A stretch of 64,000 nt of DNA from Candidatus Marinacidobacterales bacterium (GTDB lineage Bacteria; Acidobacteriota; Vicinamibacteria; Marinacidobacterales; SMYC01). The stretch covers positions 1,408,001 through 1,472,000 of the forward strand of contig OZ250169.1 of NCBI GenBank assembly GCA_965237955.1, in the 5' to 3' direction. Below are positions 31,811 to 42,192 of the stretch, piece by piece. The first letter of the stretch is position 1. Every line of letters begins with the position of its first letter. The translations under genes were made by a program, and so were the position numbers. The notes below the pieces were generated by a model, which saw only the letters and a program-made list of their open reading frames with translations, was not told where the DNA came from and did no database searches.

Positions 31811-32842
31811 ATGACGCACGCGAACAGGATCCTTGTTGTCTTGCTGGCAATCGGGCTCGGCTCGTGTATCTCCAAGAAGGTCGACGTCGTTCCGTTCCTC
31901 GCGCCCACGCAGACGGCGACGCTCGAAGAGCTCGTTGCCCATATCAATCAATGGAAGGAGATTCGAACCCTCGTCCTCCGCGTCGACCTTCAGTTCGAGA
32001 CGGTCGAACGGGCCGACGAGGGCGAAGGGCGTCAGTACCGGATGGCCCAAGGACGGCTGCTGCTCGAGCGTCCGGGTCGAATCCGATTGAACATCGAGGC
32101 TCCGATCCTGAGCGCCAATATCGCGGAGATGGCATCGAACGGCGAGCGGTTCCAGCTTCTCATCTATCCGCCGGACTACCGCGCCCTGATCGAGGGTCGT
32201 AATGATCGAAGCTATCGCGAAGAATCCGCCAAGCTCGATCGGGACCCCGAGCTCGAGAAGGCGGGCCCGCTGGTGAACATTCGCCCCCAACACTTCACCG
32301 ATGCGTTTCTTCTTTCGACTATCCCCATCGAAGAGCCGCACACCATCGCTTTCCTGGAAGAAGAGCGCGTCGACGAGCCCGATACGCGGCCACGGGCGAA
32401 AGACGGAGCTCTCGTCAGAAAGAGCTACTACGTCGTCACCGCGGTTCGTCTCGGTGAGAGCTCACCTCGCGCACGGTACTGGTTCGACCGGCTGGGCGAG
32501 CTCGCGTTGGCACGACAGCAAGTCTATGCTCCGGATGGACGCCTCATCGCCGATATTCGCTACGCGGACTATTTGCCACTGCAGGGCGACGTTGGCGTGC
32601 GCATCGCGTCCCGCGTCCACATCGAACGCCCGTATGACAACTACGGGCTCGTCGTCAACGTGAAGCCGGACGGTGTCACGATCAACCGCGATCTACCGGA
32701 CACGGCGTTCGTTGTGACCGCGCCGGAAGAGTGGGGCGATAGCGTCCGCCACATTGATCTCGACAATCGCGGCGGAGCTAGTCCCCTGTATCAGAACAAA
32801 CTAGATAAAGCAGAGCTTGCCGAAACACTTCTAAGTGCATGA
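31811..32842 (+). CDS. Lipoprotein, possibly LolA/DUF4292-like; C-terminus supplied by a MITE
   Basis: Lipobox LGSC, G.LLLERPGRIRL; native end would be ...GGASP*. Confidence 0.65.
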   Translation: MTHANRILVVLLAIGLGSCISKKVDVVPFLAPTQTATLEELVAHINQWKEIRTLVLRVDLQFETVERADEGEGRQYRMAQGRLLLERPGRIRLNIEAPILSANIAEMASNGERFQLLIYPPDYRALIEGRNDRSYREESAKLDRDPELEKAGPLVNIRPQHFTDAFLLSTIPIEEPHTIAFLEEERVDEPDTRPRAKDGALVRKSYYVVTAVRLGESSPRARYWFDRLGELALARQQVYAPDGRLIADIRYADYLPLQGDVGVRIASRVHIERPYDNYGLVVNVKPDGVTINRDLPDTAFVVTAPEEWGDSVRHIDLDNRGGASPLYQNKLDKAELAETLLSA

Positions 32843-32901
32843 ATCTTATGGGCCGGCGAAAAGCCTAACTTTGTATAGTAATCACATATCCAGGGGACTA
32901 G
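32778..32901 (+). mobile_element. IS630-derived MITE, family A, copy 3 (inverted relative to copies 1-2, 9 bp shorter)
   Basis: Reverse complement of 7106-7238 with CTAG at both ends. Confidence 0.9.
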
Positions 32902-33062
32902 CCCGTAAGCGTCAAGACGTGATGGCGCCGAGCGCTTCAGCGAGCGCCGCCGACATCTCTTGCTCGATCATCGGTGACGAGCACACCGGCCGTGATTAGG
33001 GCGATGGTAAGAACCACTTGGGTCCCCCTATAAAGATTGTACCGATGGATTCGTATTTTGGA

Positions 33063-33893
33063 CTAGCGGGGACCGATACGGACGTTACGGAACACGATGC
33101 CGACGATGGTCTCGGCCCGCTCCTCGATCCCCATCTCGATCCAATGCTGATTCGGTCGATAGTGGGGCCCGTAGTTGGTCCGCATGATGGGCCTTTCGTC
33201 GAGGAACACGCGGGCCTGGTTGCCTCCGCCGCTCGGTCCCCACTCGAGTCGCCAGCGATAGGCGCGGCGGGGATCCCAATCGAGAAAATCCCAACCCACA
33301 TCGTGCTGCTCACCCTCGGAGATGAACCGCATGCGCACGTACGGCGCGTTGTGCCCCTGCGTGTCGAGCTTCCTGATGTGCACGCGGAACGGATTCTCGC
33401 GGTAGTCGCCGCGCGAGGGATCCCACATCCCCATGATCGTGAACAAATCCCGCCGCGGGTTGAACGGCGTGAGATTGAGGTTCTCCCACTCGACGAAACC
33501 GGAGGACATTGGTCGAACACGATAGCGAATGAAATTGCCGCGGTGTGTCACTTGCCATCCGGCGCCGGTAAAGATACCTCCGGACACCTCGCCCACCGAC
33601 GTCCGGTTCGTCAGAGGATCGAAGATCGTGGCGTTACCTGCCGGAGAGGGCGGCGGCGTTGGCGCGGGCGCAGGCGTGTTTCCGCCCGTGTTGGTCGGCG
33701 GTGGCGGGGTTGGCGTCGATGTCCCACCAGTTGTCCCTACAACGGAGCTTCCGGTCCCGGTCGTCACGCTCGACGTCCCGGTCAAGGGGGTCGACGGGTC
33801 TTCGAGGCTACAACTGGCGACGAACGCTGTCGCCGCAAGTATCGCCACCGGGCGGCAGAATCGAGTGCGTGTTGCTTCTATCGGAGTGGCCAA
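33063..33893 (-). CDS. Hypothetical lipoprotein with Thr/Pro linker and beta-rich domain
   Basis: FVASC lipobox, low-complexity linker, aromatic-rich C-terminal domain. Confidence 0.65.
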   Translation of the reverse strand: MATPIEATRTRFCRPVAILAATAFVASCSLEDPSTPLTGTSSVTTGTGSSVVGTTGGTSTPTPPPPTNTGGNTPAPAPTPPPSPAGNATIFDPLTNRTSVGEVSGGIFTGAGWQVTHRGNFIRYRVRPMSSGFVEWENLNLTPFNPRRDLFTIMGMWDPSRGDYRENPFRVHIRKLDTQGHNAPYVRMRFISEGEQHDVGWDFLDWDPRRAYRWRLEWGPSGGGNQARVFLDERPIMRTNYGPHYRPNQHWIEMGIEERAETIVGIVFRNVRIGPR

Positions 33894-34096
33894 GGTTGGG
33901 TTCTACCTTTTCCATCAGGTCCACGCCCGGCACGGTGGAACGGTCTTCGCCGGACGAGAGGATCGGTTCGGATCCATGTTTAACGGTCTATGTGGTAAGA
34001 AAGAACAATGATAGCACCCTCTCCCGCCAACGGGAACGGAGAAACGGCCCTATTTGCCGGAACCCGGACGTGGGCTCCGGTGTCCAACTCTGCAGC

Positions 34097-37000
34097 ATGC
34101 GCGACGGGATCCTTGCTTTCGTCGGTCTCTTGGTCGCTCCGCCGACTTTGGCGTGTACGTGCGATTGGCCCCGGCCTCCCCGAGAGGCGCTTGTCGATGC
34201 CCGGGCGGTATTCGTGGGTCAGGTGGTGGCTCGCGACCTCATCGCGGAGTACCGCTACCGGACCACGTTCGAGCTCGACCGCGTCTACAAAGGCGATCGC
34301 GCGCAACACATCGAGGTCTACGACACCGGATGGAATTGCGATTACCCTTTCGAGGATGGCGAGAGCTATCTCGTATACGCATACGGCGAGCTCGATGATC
34401 GCCTGTACACCAGCATCTGCTCCCGCACGAAACCCGCATGGCGCGCTGCCCTAGACACGTCACCGCCCGGCTTCCCAGGACCGATCACCGACGTGCCCGC
34501 CGCCGCGATACCCGAACGGCTTTTGCGTTCCAACACCAATACGAAGCTCGCCGCGCTATCGGCATTGGCGCTCTACCCCGACGCCATCGATGGTTCGGCC
34601 GAGGGGCTCCGGAACATCCTGACCGCGGGCACGGTCATAGAGCGCCGCACCGCGCTCGACGCGCTGGAATATGCGGGCGAGCGTGGGCTCATCGTCCTGC
34701 CGAAGCTCGTCGACAACCTCCAGCATGACTCGCTGAAAATTCGTACCGGCTCGGCGAATGTGATCGCCGCCATCGGGCCGCGGGCGCGAGACGCGGTACC
34801 GGCACTCATCGTTCTCCTCGAAGACGAAGCGTTCGTGTCGCAACTCGTCGAAGCGCGGGAGCGGCTTTCCGACGGCGACTACTGGAGGTTAGAGGACGAG
34901 ATCGAGACGTCGCTCGAGGCGACGGCGCTCGCACTCGGCGCCATCGGACCGTACGCCGCCGAAGCAGCACCAACCGTGCTGAACGCCATCGAGCGCGGCC
35001 GGCTCGAGCCCGACCTCGCAAGGGTGTGCCTGTGGATGGGTGCGGGCGTGGAGGCTGCGCGTGACCATTTTGTCAAGAACCTCACGCACGACAACTCCGG
35101 CGTTCGCGCGGGTGCCCTTTCCGGCCTCGCGGCGTTGGGACCCGCCGCGGCGGGCCTGACGTTGGCGGTGATCGCGCTTCTCGAAGACACCGAGCGATAC
35201 GTTCGCATGGAAGCCGCGGAAGCGCTTGGCCACATGGGTGAGCCGACACTCGCCGTCCCGGCGCTCATCGAAGTGCTGGAGCGAGATCACGACATGCATT
35301 GGTCCGCGGTGACGGCGCTCGCTGCGCTCGGCGAAAGCGAGCGCATCGTTCCGCTGTTTCTTGAAGGGCTCGTTTTCCCCGACAAGGCGGAACGCCTCGA
35401 CGCTTCCGCGGCGACGCCCCTCTTTCTCGAGGCGTTGTCCCATCCATCGAAAGACGTCCGCGCGCAATCTGCGGAATGCCTCGGTGTTGTGGGCGGGCGG
35501 GCGCGCTACCAGAACGCCCCCCGAGCCGCAGGGATTCTCGAAGGGCTCGCGCGAGACGACGCCGCGCCTCGCGTCCGCGCAGAGATCCTCACGGCGATGG
35601 TACGAATCGCGCCGGAGTCCGAAGACGTCGCTGCTCGTTTGCTCGCGGCCCTCGGCGACGAAAGCCCCACCGTTCGCCAAAGAGCCGCAAGCGCCATCAA
35701 AGCCTTGCCGGTTTCCGACAAGATCGTCTCGAGCGTTACCGCCGCGTTGGAAGACCCGGACGCGAGCGTTCGAAGAACGGCGGCGGCAACCTTGGGAGAT
35801 TTGGGGCAGGCTGCGGCGAGCGCCGTCGAGGCCTTGGTCGAGCTGACCGACGACCCCGACCGTGCCGTGCGTGGGCAGGCGGTTCGAGCACTCGGTCGCA
35901 TCGGCGAGCTCGCTCACGAGGCGGCACCGGTCCTTTGGCGCATCGCCCACGAGCCGGACGACGGGCTCGCTGAAGACGCCTGGTTCGCCCTCGAATTCCT
36001 GCACGCGATCGGACCTTCCCAGACCACACGCAAGGTGATGTTTTTCCTGTTCGCCCTCACCGGCGTGTCGGCGGCGTGGCTGATGCGGCGCTTGTGGTTC
36101 CACGGAATCGGAGGACGCGGGACCCGCTGGATGATGGCGACCTCGGCTGCGTTCGCGATTATTCTCGGCTGGGAGCTCCTTGAAGCGCGCGCGAAGTATC
36201 CCTATGAGCGACCTGGCTTTCTCGAGCGGATCGATACCATTCCGTTCGCGACGAACGATCTCGTCCTTGCGATCGGAAACCCGCGAGGTCACGAAGACGC
36301 CTTTGGCTACGCGCTCGCGGCGATGCCGGACGCACTCGTCGTCGGCACGCTCGACGACGGCGCCTATATCTACGAACCGTCGGGCGAGCTGCGAGCGCGC
36401 CTCGACCGCCCGGACTCCGATGGGGACGATTTCTTCGGCAGCCAAGTAGCCGCCGCCGGAACGAATGTAGTCGTCGCCGCGCCTCAGGACGACCAGATCG
36501 TGCGCGACGCCGGCGCGGTATTCCTTTTCGATGGCGCGACCGGCGAGCTCCGCACGCGCATCGATAACCCAACGCCGCTCGTGCGGGAGCTCTTCGGCGA
36601 GGCCGTTGCCGCCAGTGACGATCGAATCCTCGTTGCCGGACCGTGGGATCGCTCGGAAACGGGCACGGGCGCCGTGTACCTGTTCGACATGGACGGCGCG
36701 CTTCTGTTGACGATCGCGAATCCAGAGCCGGAACGGTGTCGGGAGCTCGGCTCGTCGCTTGCGTTTCTCGGCGAGAGCCTCGTCGTCGGCGAGGACTCGT
36801 GCAAACTAGTTTTCGTCTTTGGCGCGGACGGCTCGCAAAGTCTCACGCTCCAAAACCCCGAACCGGGCTCGCGCGATTCTTTTGGTCACGCGGTGGCGAC
36901 CCTCGGTGACGATGTTCTCGTGACCGACGGCCGTTTCACCTATCTCTTCGACGGCACGTCCGGCGAGCTCATTCTGAGCGTGAGTCACCCGGAGCCATCC

Positions 37001-37435
37001 GACGACGTCCGTTTCGGCGGCACGGTCGCGGCCATCGACGGAGCTCGCTTCGCCGTCGGCGCCACCGAGCGCGTTTTTATCTTCGACCGCTCGGGCGCCG
37101 TCGTTCAGGACATCGAATGGCCACGGTTGCCACGGACGGGCATCTATCAGGGACACTTCGGATCCACCCTAGCGGTGATGGGAGGCCGACTCGTGGTCGC
37201 AGCACCCCAGGACGACGCCGGCTTTGTTCGCGCGTGGGCCGCAGTGGGCCTTGCAGCAAATCCTCGCATCCTTCCGTCCCGGCGCCCCACAGGAGGTGCC
37301 GTTTACGTTTTCGAGACGTTTGAACCGACCGAACCGACTTTGTTACAACGGAAGGTCGGTTCTTCGCCTCCTCGACGTGAAAGGTACCGCCCGGCCGCCG
37401 CCGGATCAATCCATCTTTGGATGGATTTACGGTAG
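34097..37435 (+). CDS. Secreted/membrane protein: TIMP-like domain, HEAT repeats, two TMs, FG-GAP propeller
   Basis: Signal peptide then A-CTC; L.D....VR..AA.ALG repeats; FG..VA / GAV.LF repeats. Confidence 0.75.
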   Translation: MRDGILAFVGLLVAPPTLACTCDWPRPPREALVDARAVFVGQVVARDLIAEYRYRTTFELDRVYKGDRAQHIEVYDTGWNCDYPFEDGESYLVYAYGELDDRLYTSICSRTKPAWRAALDTSPPGFPGPITDVPAAAIPERLLRSNTNTKLAALSALALYPDAIDGSAEGLRNILTAGTVIERRTALDALEYAGERGLIVLPKLVDNLQHDSLKIRTGSANVIAAIGPRARDAVPALIVLLEDEAFVSQLVEARERLSDGDYWRLEDEIETSLEATALALGAIGPYAAEAAPTVLNAIERGRLEPDLARVCLWMGAGVEAARDHFVKNLTHDNSGVRAGALSGLAALGPAAAGLTLAVIALLEDTERYVRMEAAEALGHMGEPTLAVPALIEVLERDHDMHWSAVTALAALGESERIVPLFLEGLVFPDKAERLDASAATPLFLEALSHPSKDVRAQSAECLGVVGGRARYQNAPRAAGILEGLARDDAAPRVRAEILTAMVRIAPESEDVAARLLAALGDESPTVRQRAASAIKALPVSDKIVSSVTAALEDPDASVRRTAAATLGDLGQAAASAVEALVELTDDPDRAVRGQAVRALGRIGELAHEAAPVLWRIAHEPDDGLAEDAWFALEFLHAIGPSQTTRKVMFFLFALTGVSAAWLMRRLWFHGIGGRGTRWMMATSAAFAIILGWELLEARAKYPYERPGFLERIDTIPFATNDLVLAIGNPRGHEDAFGYALAAMPDALVVGTLDDGAYIYEPSGELRARLDRPDSDGDDFFGSQVAAAGTNVVVAAPQDDQIVRDAGAVFLFDGATGELRTRIDNPTPLVRELFGEAVAASDDRILVAGPWDRSETGTGAVYLFDMDGALLLTIANPEPERCRELGSSLAFLGESLVVGEDSCKLVFVFGADGSQSLTLQNPEPGSRDSFGHAVATLGDDVLVTDGRFTYLFDGTSGELILSVSHPEPSDDVRFGGTVAAIDGARFAVGATERVFIFDRSGAVVQDIEWPRLPRTGIYQGHFGSTLAVMGGRLVVAAPQDDAGFVRAWAAVGLAANPRILPSRRPTGGAVYVFETFEPTEPTLLQRKVGSSPPRRERYRPAAAGSIHLWMDLR

Positions 37436-37448
37436 ATGTTCTGGGCCT

Positions 37449-38765
37449 TCAGGTGGGACCCATGAGCAGCGTGGGGAGCCACGTCGCGAGAGCGGGGAAG
37501 ATACAGAGGATCACGATGCCCGCCACCATACACAGCATGAACGGCAACGCTCCTTTCAGAACCTCGGGAAGGCCGATGTCGGGCACGATGCTGTTGATCA
37601 CGTAGAGGTTCAATCCCACGGGCGGAGTGATGAGCCCGATCTCCATGTTCACCGTGAGCACGACGGCGAACCAGTATGGGTCGAAGCCGGCCTCGCTGAT
37701 GATCGGTAGCAGAATCGGTGCCGCCATGAGAATGACCGCGACGGGTGGTAAGAAGAACCCGGATATCAGCAAAAAGATATTGATGAGGAACATCAGAACC
37801 CACCGATTCGCGTCTAGAGCGACGATCCACTCGGCGAGGGACTGGGTGACGTACAAGCTCGAGAGCATGTAGCTGAAAAGTCCCGAAGCCGCGATGATGA
37901 ACAGAATCATGACGGACTCGCGGGTCGAATCGCGCATCACTTTCCAGAGCGCGGACGGCTGCCACACGCGATAGATCACCATCACGAGAACGATGACGAG
38001 AAACGCGCCGACGCCCGCGGTCTCGGAGGGGGTCGCGACACCGCCATAGAGAACGTAGACGACCGCGGCAATGATGAACAGAAACGGCATTACTTTCGGG
38101 AGCGCCTGGAATCTCTCCTTCCACGTATAAGTGACGTTGCGGGTCGCAGCGTCCGCGCCGCCAGAGCGCCAGGTCGCAAAAAGTGCCCAGGCCATGAACA
38201 GGGACGTCAACATCAAGCCGGGCACGACCCCTGCCAGGAAGAGCCTACCGATGGATGTCTCGGTCGCGATCCCGTAGACGATCATGGTGACACTCGGCGG
38301 GATGAGAATTCCGAGCGTACCCCCCGCTGCGATGGATCCCGCGGCGAGGCTATCGCTGTATCCGCGCTCGCGCATCGCAGGAATGCCCATCTTGCCAATC
38401 GCGGCGCACGTCGCGGGCGACGATCCGGAAAGGGCCGAGAACAACGCGCCGCCGCCGAGGTTCGAGATGACGAGCCCGCCGGGAACGCGATAGAGCCACC
38501 GGTCGAGCGCACCGTAGAGATCCGCGCCCGCCTTCGACGCGGCGACCGCCGCTCCCATGACGATGAACATCGGGATCGCGAGCAGCGTGAAGTCGTCGAG
38601 CTTGCCGAAGAAGAGCTCACCCATGAAGATGAGGCTCGCCGGGCCATCGTGGATCAGAAGAAAGCCCATCGCGACGATGCCCAGACCAACCGCAACGGGA
38701 ACGCCGGACAACAAGACGAGCGTGGTCACGACAGCAATGAGAACGCCCATCGCGAGAGGCGTCAC
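37449..38765 (-). CDS. dctM: TRAP transporter large permease
   Basis: LLAIPMF, SGSSPA, GGTLGILIPPS, TPSE, GLITPPVGLNLYV. Confidence 0.93.
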   Translation of the reverse strand: MTPLAMGVLIAVVTTLVLLSGVPVAVGLGIVAMGFLLIHDGPASLIFMGELFFGKLDDFTLLAIPMFIVMGAAVAASKAGADLYGALDRWLYRVPGGLVISNLGGGALFSALSGSSPATCAAIGKMGIPAMRERGYSDSLAAGSIAAGGTLGILIPPSVTMIVYGIATETSIGRLFLAGVVPGLMLTSLFMAWALFATWRSGGADAATRNVTYTWKERFQALPKVMPFLFIIAAVVYVLYGGVATPSETAGVGAFLVIVLVMVIYRVWQPSALWKVMRDSTRESVMILFIIAASGLFSYMLSSLYVTQSLAEWIVALDANRWVLMFLINIFLLISGFFLPPVAVILMAAPILLPIISEAGFDPYWFAVVLTVNMEIGLITPPVGLNLYVINSIVPDIGLPEVLKGALPFMLCMVAGIVILCIFPALATWLPTLLMGPT

Positions 38766-39274
38766 GAGGCGTCCTCGTATCCCTCGTATTTGGTGACGCG
38801 CGCGGCGACGTCGGCGATGTATTGCAGCAACATGAGGCCGAAACCAAGAGGCAGCGCCGCGTATGGAATCCAAAGCGGCACGGCCCACACCGTTTCGGAA
38901 AGCCAACCGTCGGCCCAGGCGTCGTACCAAAGCACCGAGCCCGACCACAGAAGGACCCCGCAGAAAAAAATGCCGGCCGCCGCGCACGCGAGCTCTTGTC
39001 GCTTCCGTCCACGCTCGGATAGGTAGTGCGGCAACAAGTCCACGCTGACGTGCCCCCCGATCATCAAGACGTAGGGGCTACCGATGAGCGTGGCACCGAC
39101 GAGTAGGTAAGTGACGAGCTCCGTTTGCCACACGGTAGGATCGCCCAAGACATAGCGCACCAAAACCATGTGGCACACGATCAACACCGACGCGGCGATC
39201 ATGGCGGCCGCCAATCTACCGGCGCTCTCGGAGAGTTTCCGGACGAAGGAGATGAAACCGGGAAGGCTCAGCAA
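38762..39274 (-). CDS. dctQ: TRAP transporter small permease
   Basis: V.VRY, W.TEL, GHVSVD, P.WIPY; four TMs. Confidence 0.9.
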   Translation of the reverse strand: MLSLPGFISFVRKLSESAGRLAAAMIAASVLIVCHMVLVRYVLGDPTVWQTELVTYLLVGATLIGSPYVLMIGGHVSVDLLPHYLSERGRKRQELACAAAGIFFCGVLLWSGSVLWYDAWADGWLSETVWAVPLWIPYAALPLGFGLMLLQYIADVAARVTKYEGYEDAS

Positions 39275-39281
39275 TCCGGTC

Positions 39282-40260
39282 TCACTCGACGGCGAGTGCT
39301 TCCGCGAGAAGCGCCTTGCCGCCTTCAACGTCTTCGGCGAAGAGCTTCTGGGAGGTTACCCGGGCTAGGGCGTGCCATTGGGCGAGATCGTCCTCACTGA
39401 GGTGCGCGACCTCGACACCGGCTTTCTCGAACGCGTCCTCCGCCTGCTGGTCGAGCTTCACCGCCTGGGTTGCGAAGTACGCCTGGGCTTTTTCGGCTGC
39501 TCGTCTCAGCACGACCTGTTGCTCCTCGGTCAATCGTTCGAAGCTGCTCCTCGCCATGAGCATCGGCTGGTACATGAACCACAGGGCCGTATCGCCTGCC
39601 GCGGTAAGGCATTGGACCTGTTCATAGAGGCGAAACGATACGAAGCTGATGCTGCTCGTCATGGTCGCGTCGAGAACGCCGGTCTGCATGGCGGTGTAGA
39701 TCTCGGAGCTCGGCATGGACGTGATCGATCCGCCGGCTCCGAGCAACATTTGCTCGAACGCTTTGCCTGCGCCCCGGATCGTCTGCCCGCGAACATCTTC
39801 TGGCGAGCGAATGCAGCCTTTTTTCGAAGCAAAGCCACCGGCCAGCCACGCGTCGGCGAGCACGATGACTCCCTGCTCCTCGACTTTTCGGCGGATGGCG
39901 TCCATGAACGGCGACTTGTTGATGCGCTCGGCGTGCGCGTGGCTTCTTACGAGCCCGGGCATGAGCGTCAAGTTGAACTCGGCGTGTCGGCCGGCCGCGT
40001 AGGCCAACGGAAACACCGAGATGTCCAATCGTCCCACGGGTCATCGCCGCCCACTGCTCGCTCGCCCCGAAGAGCGATTGGCCCGGGTAAATGCGCATCT
40101 CGACCCCGACGTCGGCCGCGGCCAGCTCGTCTCGCACGATCTCGAGGAGCTCACCACGAACATCGCCTTCCGGCCACTGGTGGGATGCGCGAAGGACGTC
40201 GGTCCTGGAGCAACCCCCGACAAGCGCACTCGACAGCACGACCAACAGTGCGGCTCGCAT
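39282..40260 (-). pseudogene. dctP: TRAP substrate-binding lipoprotein with a +1 frameshift at ~40033-40035
   Basis: LRASHQW, IYPGQSL and then GRLDISVFPL, EIYTAMQTGVLDA in two frames. Confidence 0.85.
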
Positions 40261-40391
40261 AACGACTCGTGGTTCTAGCAGATCTCGTGACACCCGGTCA
40301 ACAAGCGGCATGCTCGTAAACTTGCGCGTGTCTGCTCCGGCGACTAGCATATTGAGATCTGCCATCTAAAAATAATGTGGGAGTAGCGTGA

Positions 40392-41939
40392 ATGACGACG
40401 GTTATGGAAAAACCCAAGGCCCTGCTCGACAAACTGGGCCTTCAAGATGTCAACGCCGGTGCCTGCACTGGCCCCGACGGATGGATTACCGACACCAAAG
40501 GCAAGGAAATCGAATCCCTGAACCCGACGACGAACGAGCCCATCGCGAAAATCGTTCAAGCGACCCCGGATAGCTACGAGACGGTGATGGCGCACGCTCA
40601 CGAGGCGTTCCAGTCGTGGCGCTCCGTTCCCGCGCCCGCGCGCGGCCAGGTGGTACGGGATTTGGGCGATGCGCTTCGTGAGATGAAGGAGCCTCTGGGC
40701 GATCTGATCTCGCTCGAAATGGGCAAGATTCGCGCCGAAGGTCATGGTGAAGTGCAGGAGATGATCGACATCTGCGACTTCGCCGTTGGTCTGTCCAGAC
40801 AGCTCTACGGGCTCACGATGCATTCTGAAAGACCCAACCACCGCATGTACGAGCAGTGGCACCCGCTCGGCGTGGTGGGCATCATCACCGCCTTCAACTT
40901 CCCGATGGCGGTGTGGGCATGGAACGCCGCGATCGCGGCTGTTTGCGGCGATCCCGTTTTATGGAAGCCCTCGACCGATACGCCGCTCACCGCGATCGCT
41001 GTCCAGCATGTCGCGAACCGCGTCATGGAGGATCACGGTCTCAGCGGCATCTTCACGCTCACGGTCGGCTCCGGTCGCGATGTGGGCGAGCTGCTCCTGA
41101 ACGATCCTCGCGCCGGCTTGGTGTCTTTTACCGGCTCGACGCCGGTTGGCCGCCACGTATCGGAAGCAGTCGCGAAACGCTTCGGTGGGACCATCCTCGA
41201 GCTCGGCGGCAACAACGCGATCATCGTTGCCGAAAACGCCGACCTCGATATGGCGACGAGAGCCATCTTGTTCGGCGCGGTCGGTACGGCCGGTCAGCGA
41301 TGCACGAGCACGCGTCGCATCATCGTGCAAAAGGGCATCGCCGGCCAGCTCTGCAATCGTCTCGTCAAAGCGTACAAGCAAGTGCGCATCGGTGACCCGT
41401 TAGACGAAAGCACTTTGATGGGACCGCTGGTGAAAACCGATGCGGTCAACGACATGTTCGCGGCTCTCGAGAAAGTGAAGGAGCAGGGCGGCGAACTGAT
41501 CGCGGGCGGCAACAAGCTTCCCGACAAGGGAGTGAACTTCGTCGAGCCGACGATCGTCAAGATGCCGCAACAATCGGAGATCGTAAAAGAGGAAACGTTC
41601 GCACCCATCCTCTACATCCTCGAATACGACACGATCGAAGACGCGATCAGAATTCACAACGGCGTACCCCAGGGGCTTTCGAGCGCGATCTTCACCGACA
41701 GCATGCGGACCGCGGAGACGTTTCTCTCGGCCGGGGGCTCCGATTGCGGTATCGCCAACGTGAACATCGGAACGTCCGGAGCGGAGATCGGCGGGGCCTT
41801 CGGCGGCGAGAAAGAAACCGGCGGCGGTCGCGAGTCCGGCTCCGACGCGTGGAAGGCGTACATGCGACGTCAAACCAACACCATCAATTGGTCCAAGGAC
41901 CTTCCGCTCGCTCAGGGTATCGAGTTTGCTAGTTGCTGA
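40392..41939 (+). CDS. Aldehyde dehydrogenase family 7 (aminoadipate-semialdehyde / P6C dehydrogenase-like)
   Basis: GEVQEMIDICDFAVGLSRQL, LELGGNNA, GTAGQRCT, GAEIGGAFGGEK. Confidence 0.92.
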   Translation: MTTVMEKPKALLDKLGLQDVNAGACTGPDGWITDTKGKEIESLNPTTNEPIAKIVQATPDSYETVMAHAHEAFQSWRSVPAPARGQVVRDLGDALREMKEPLGDLISLEMGKIRAEGHGEVQEMIDICDFAVGLSRQLYGLTMHSERPNHRMYEQWHPLGVVGIITAFNFPMAVWAWNAAIAAVCGDPVLWKPSTDTPLTAIAVQHVANRVMEDHGLSGIFTLTVGSGRDVGELLLNDPRAGLVSFTGSTPVGRHVSEAVAKRFGGTILELGGNNAIIVAENADLDMATRAILFGAVGTAGQRCTSTRRIIVQKGIAGQLCNRLVKAYKQVRIGDPLDESTLMGPLVKTDAVNDMFAALEKVKEQGGELIAGGNKLPDKGVNFVEPTIVKMPQQSEIVKEETFAPILYILEYDTIEDAIRIHNGVPQGLSSAIFTDSMRTAETFLSAGGSDCGIANVNIGTSGAEIGGAFGGEKETGGGRESGSDAWKAYMRRQTNTINWSKDLPLAQGIEFASC

Positions 41940-42192
41940 GCCTCGTCCGGCTCCACGCGGGAACAAGTTTCTAGCGCGTCGGCGGCAGCGTGCGGAAGGT
42001 GGTGTGAAGTGTCTGTTCGCACACATCGACAAGCTCGTGGCGTGCACGATAGGGCCACTCGGTAACGACACGCACTGCCAGGCGATCGGCAACTTCACTC
42101 TTCCGGATGCGCACAACGAAACTCTCCGACAAGTCGCCTCCGCCTTTTCTCACCAATCCCTGTAGCAGCCGCGTTCTAACGATGAGCACGTC

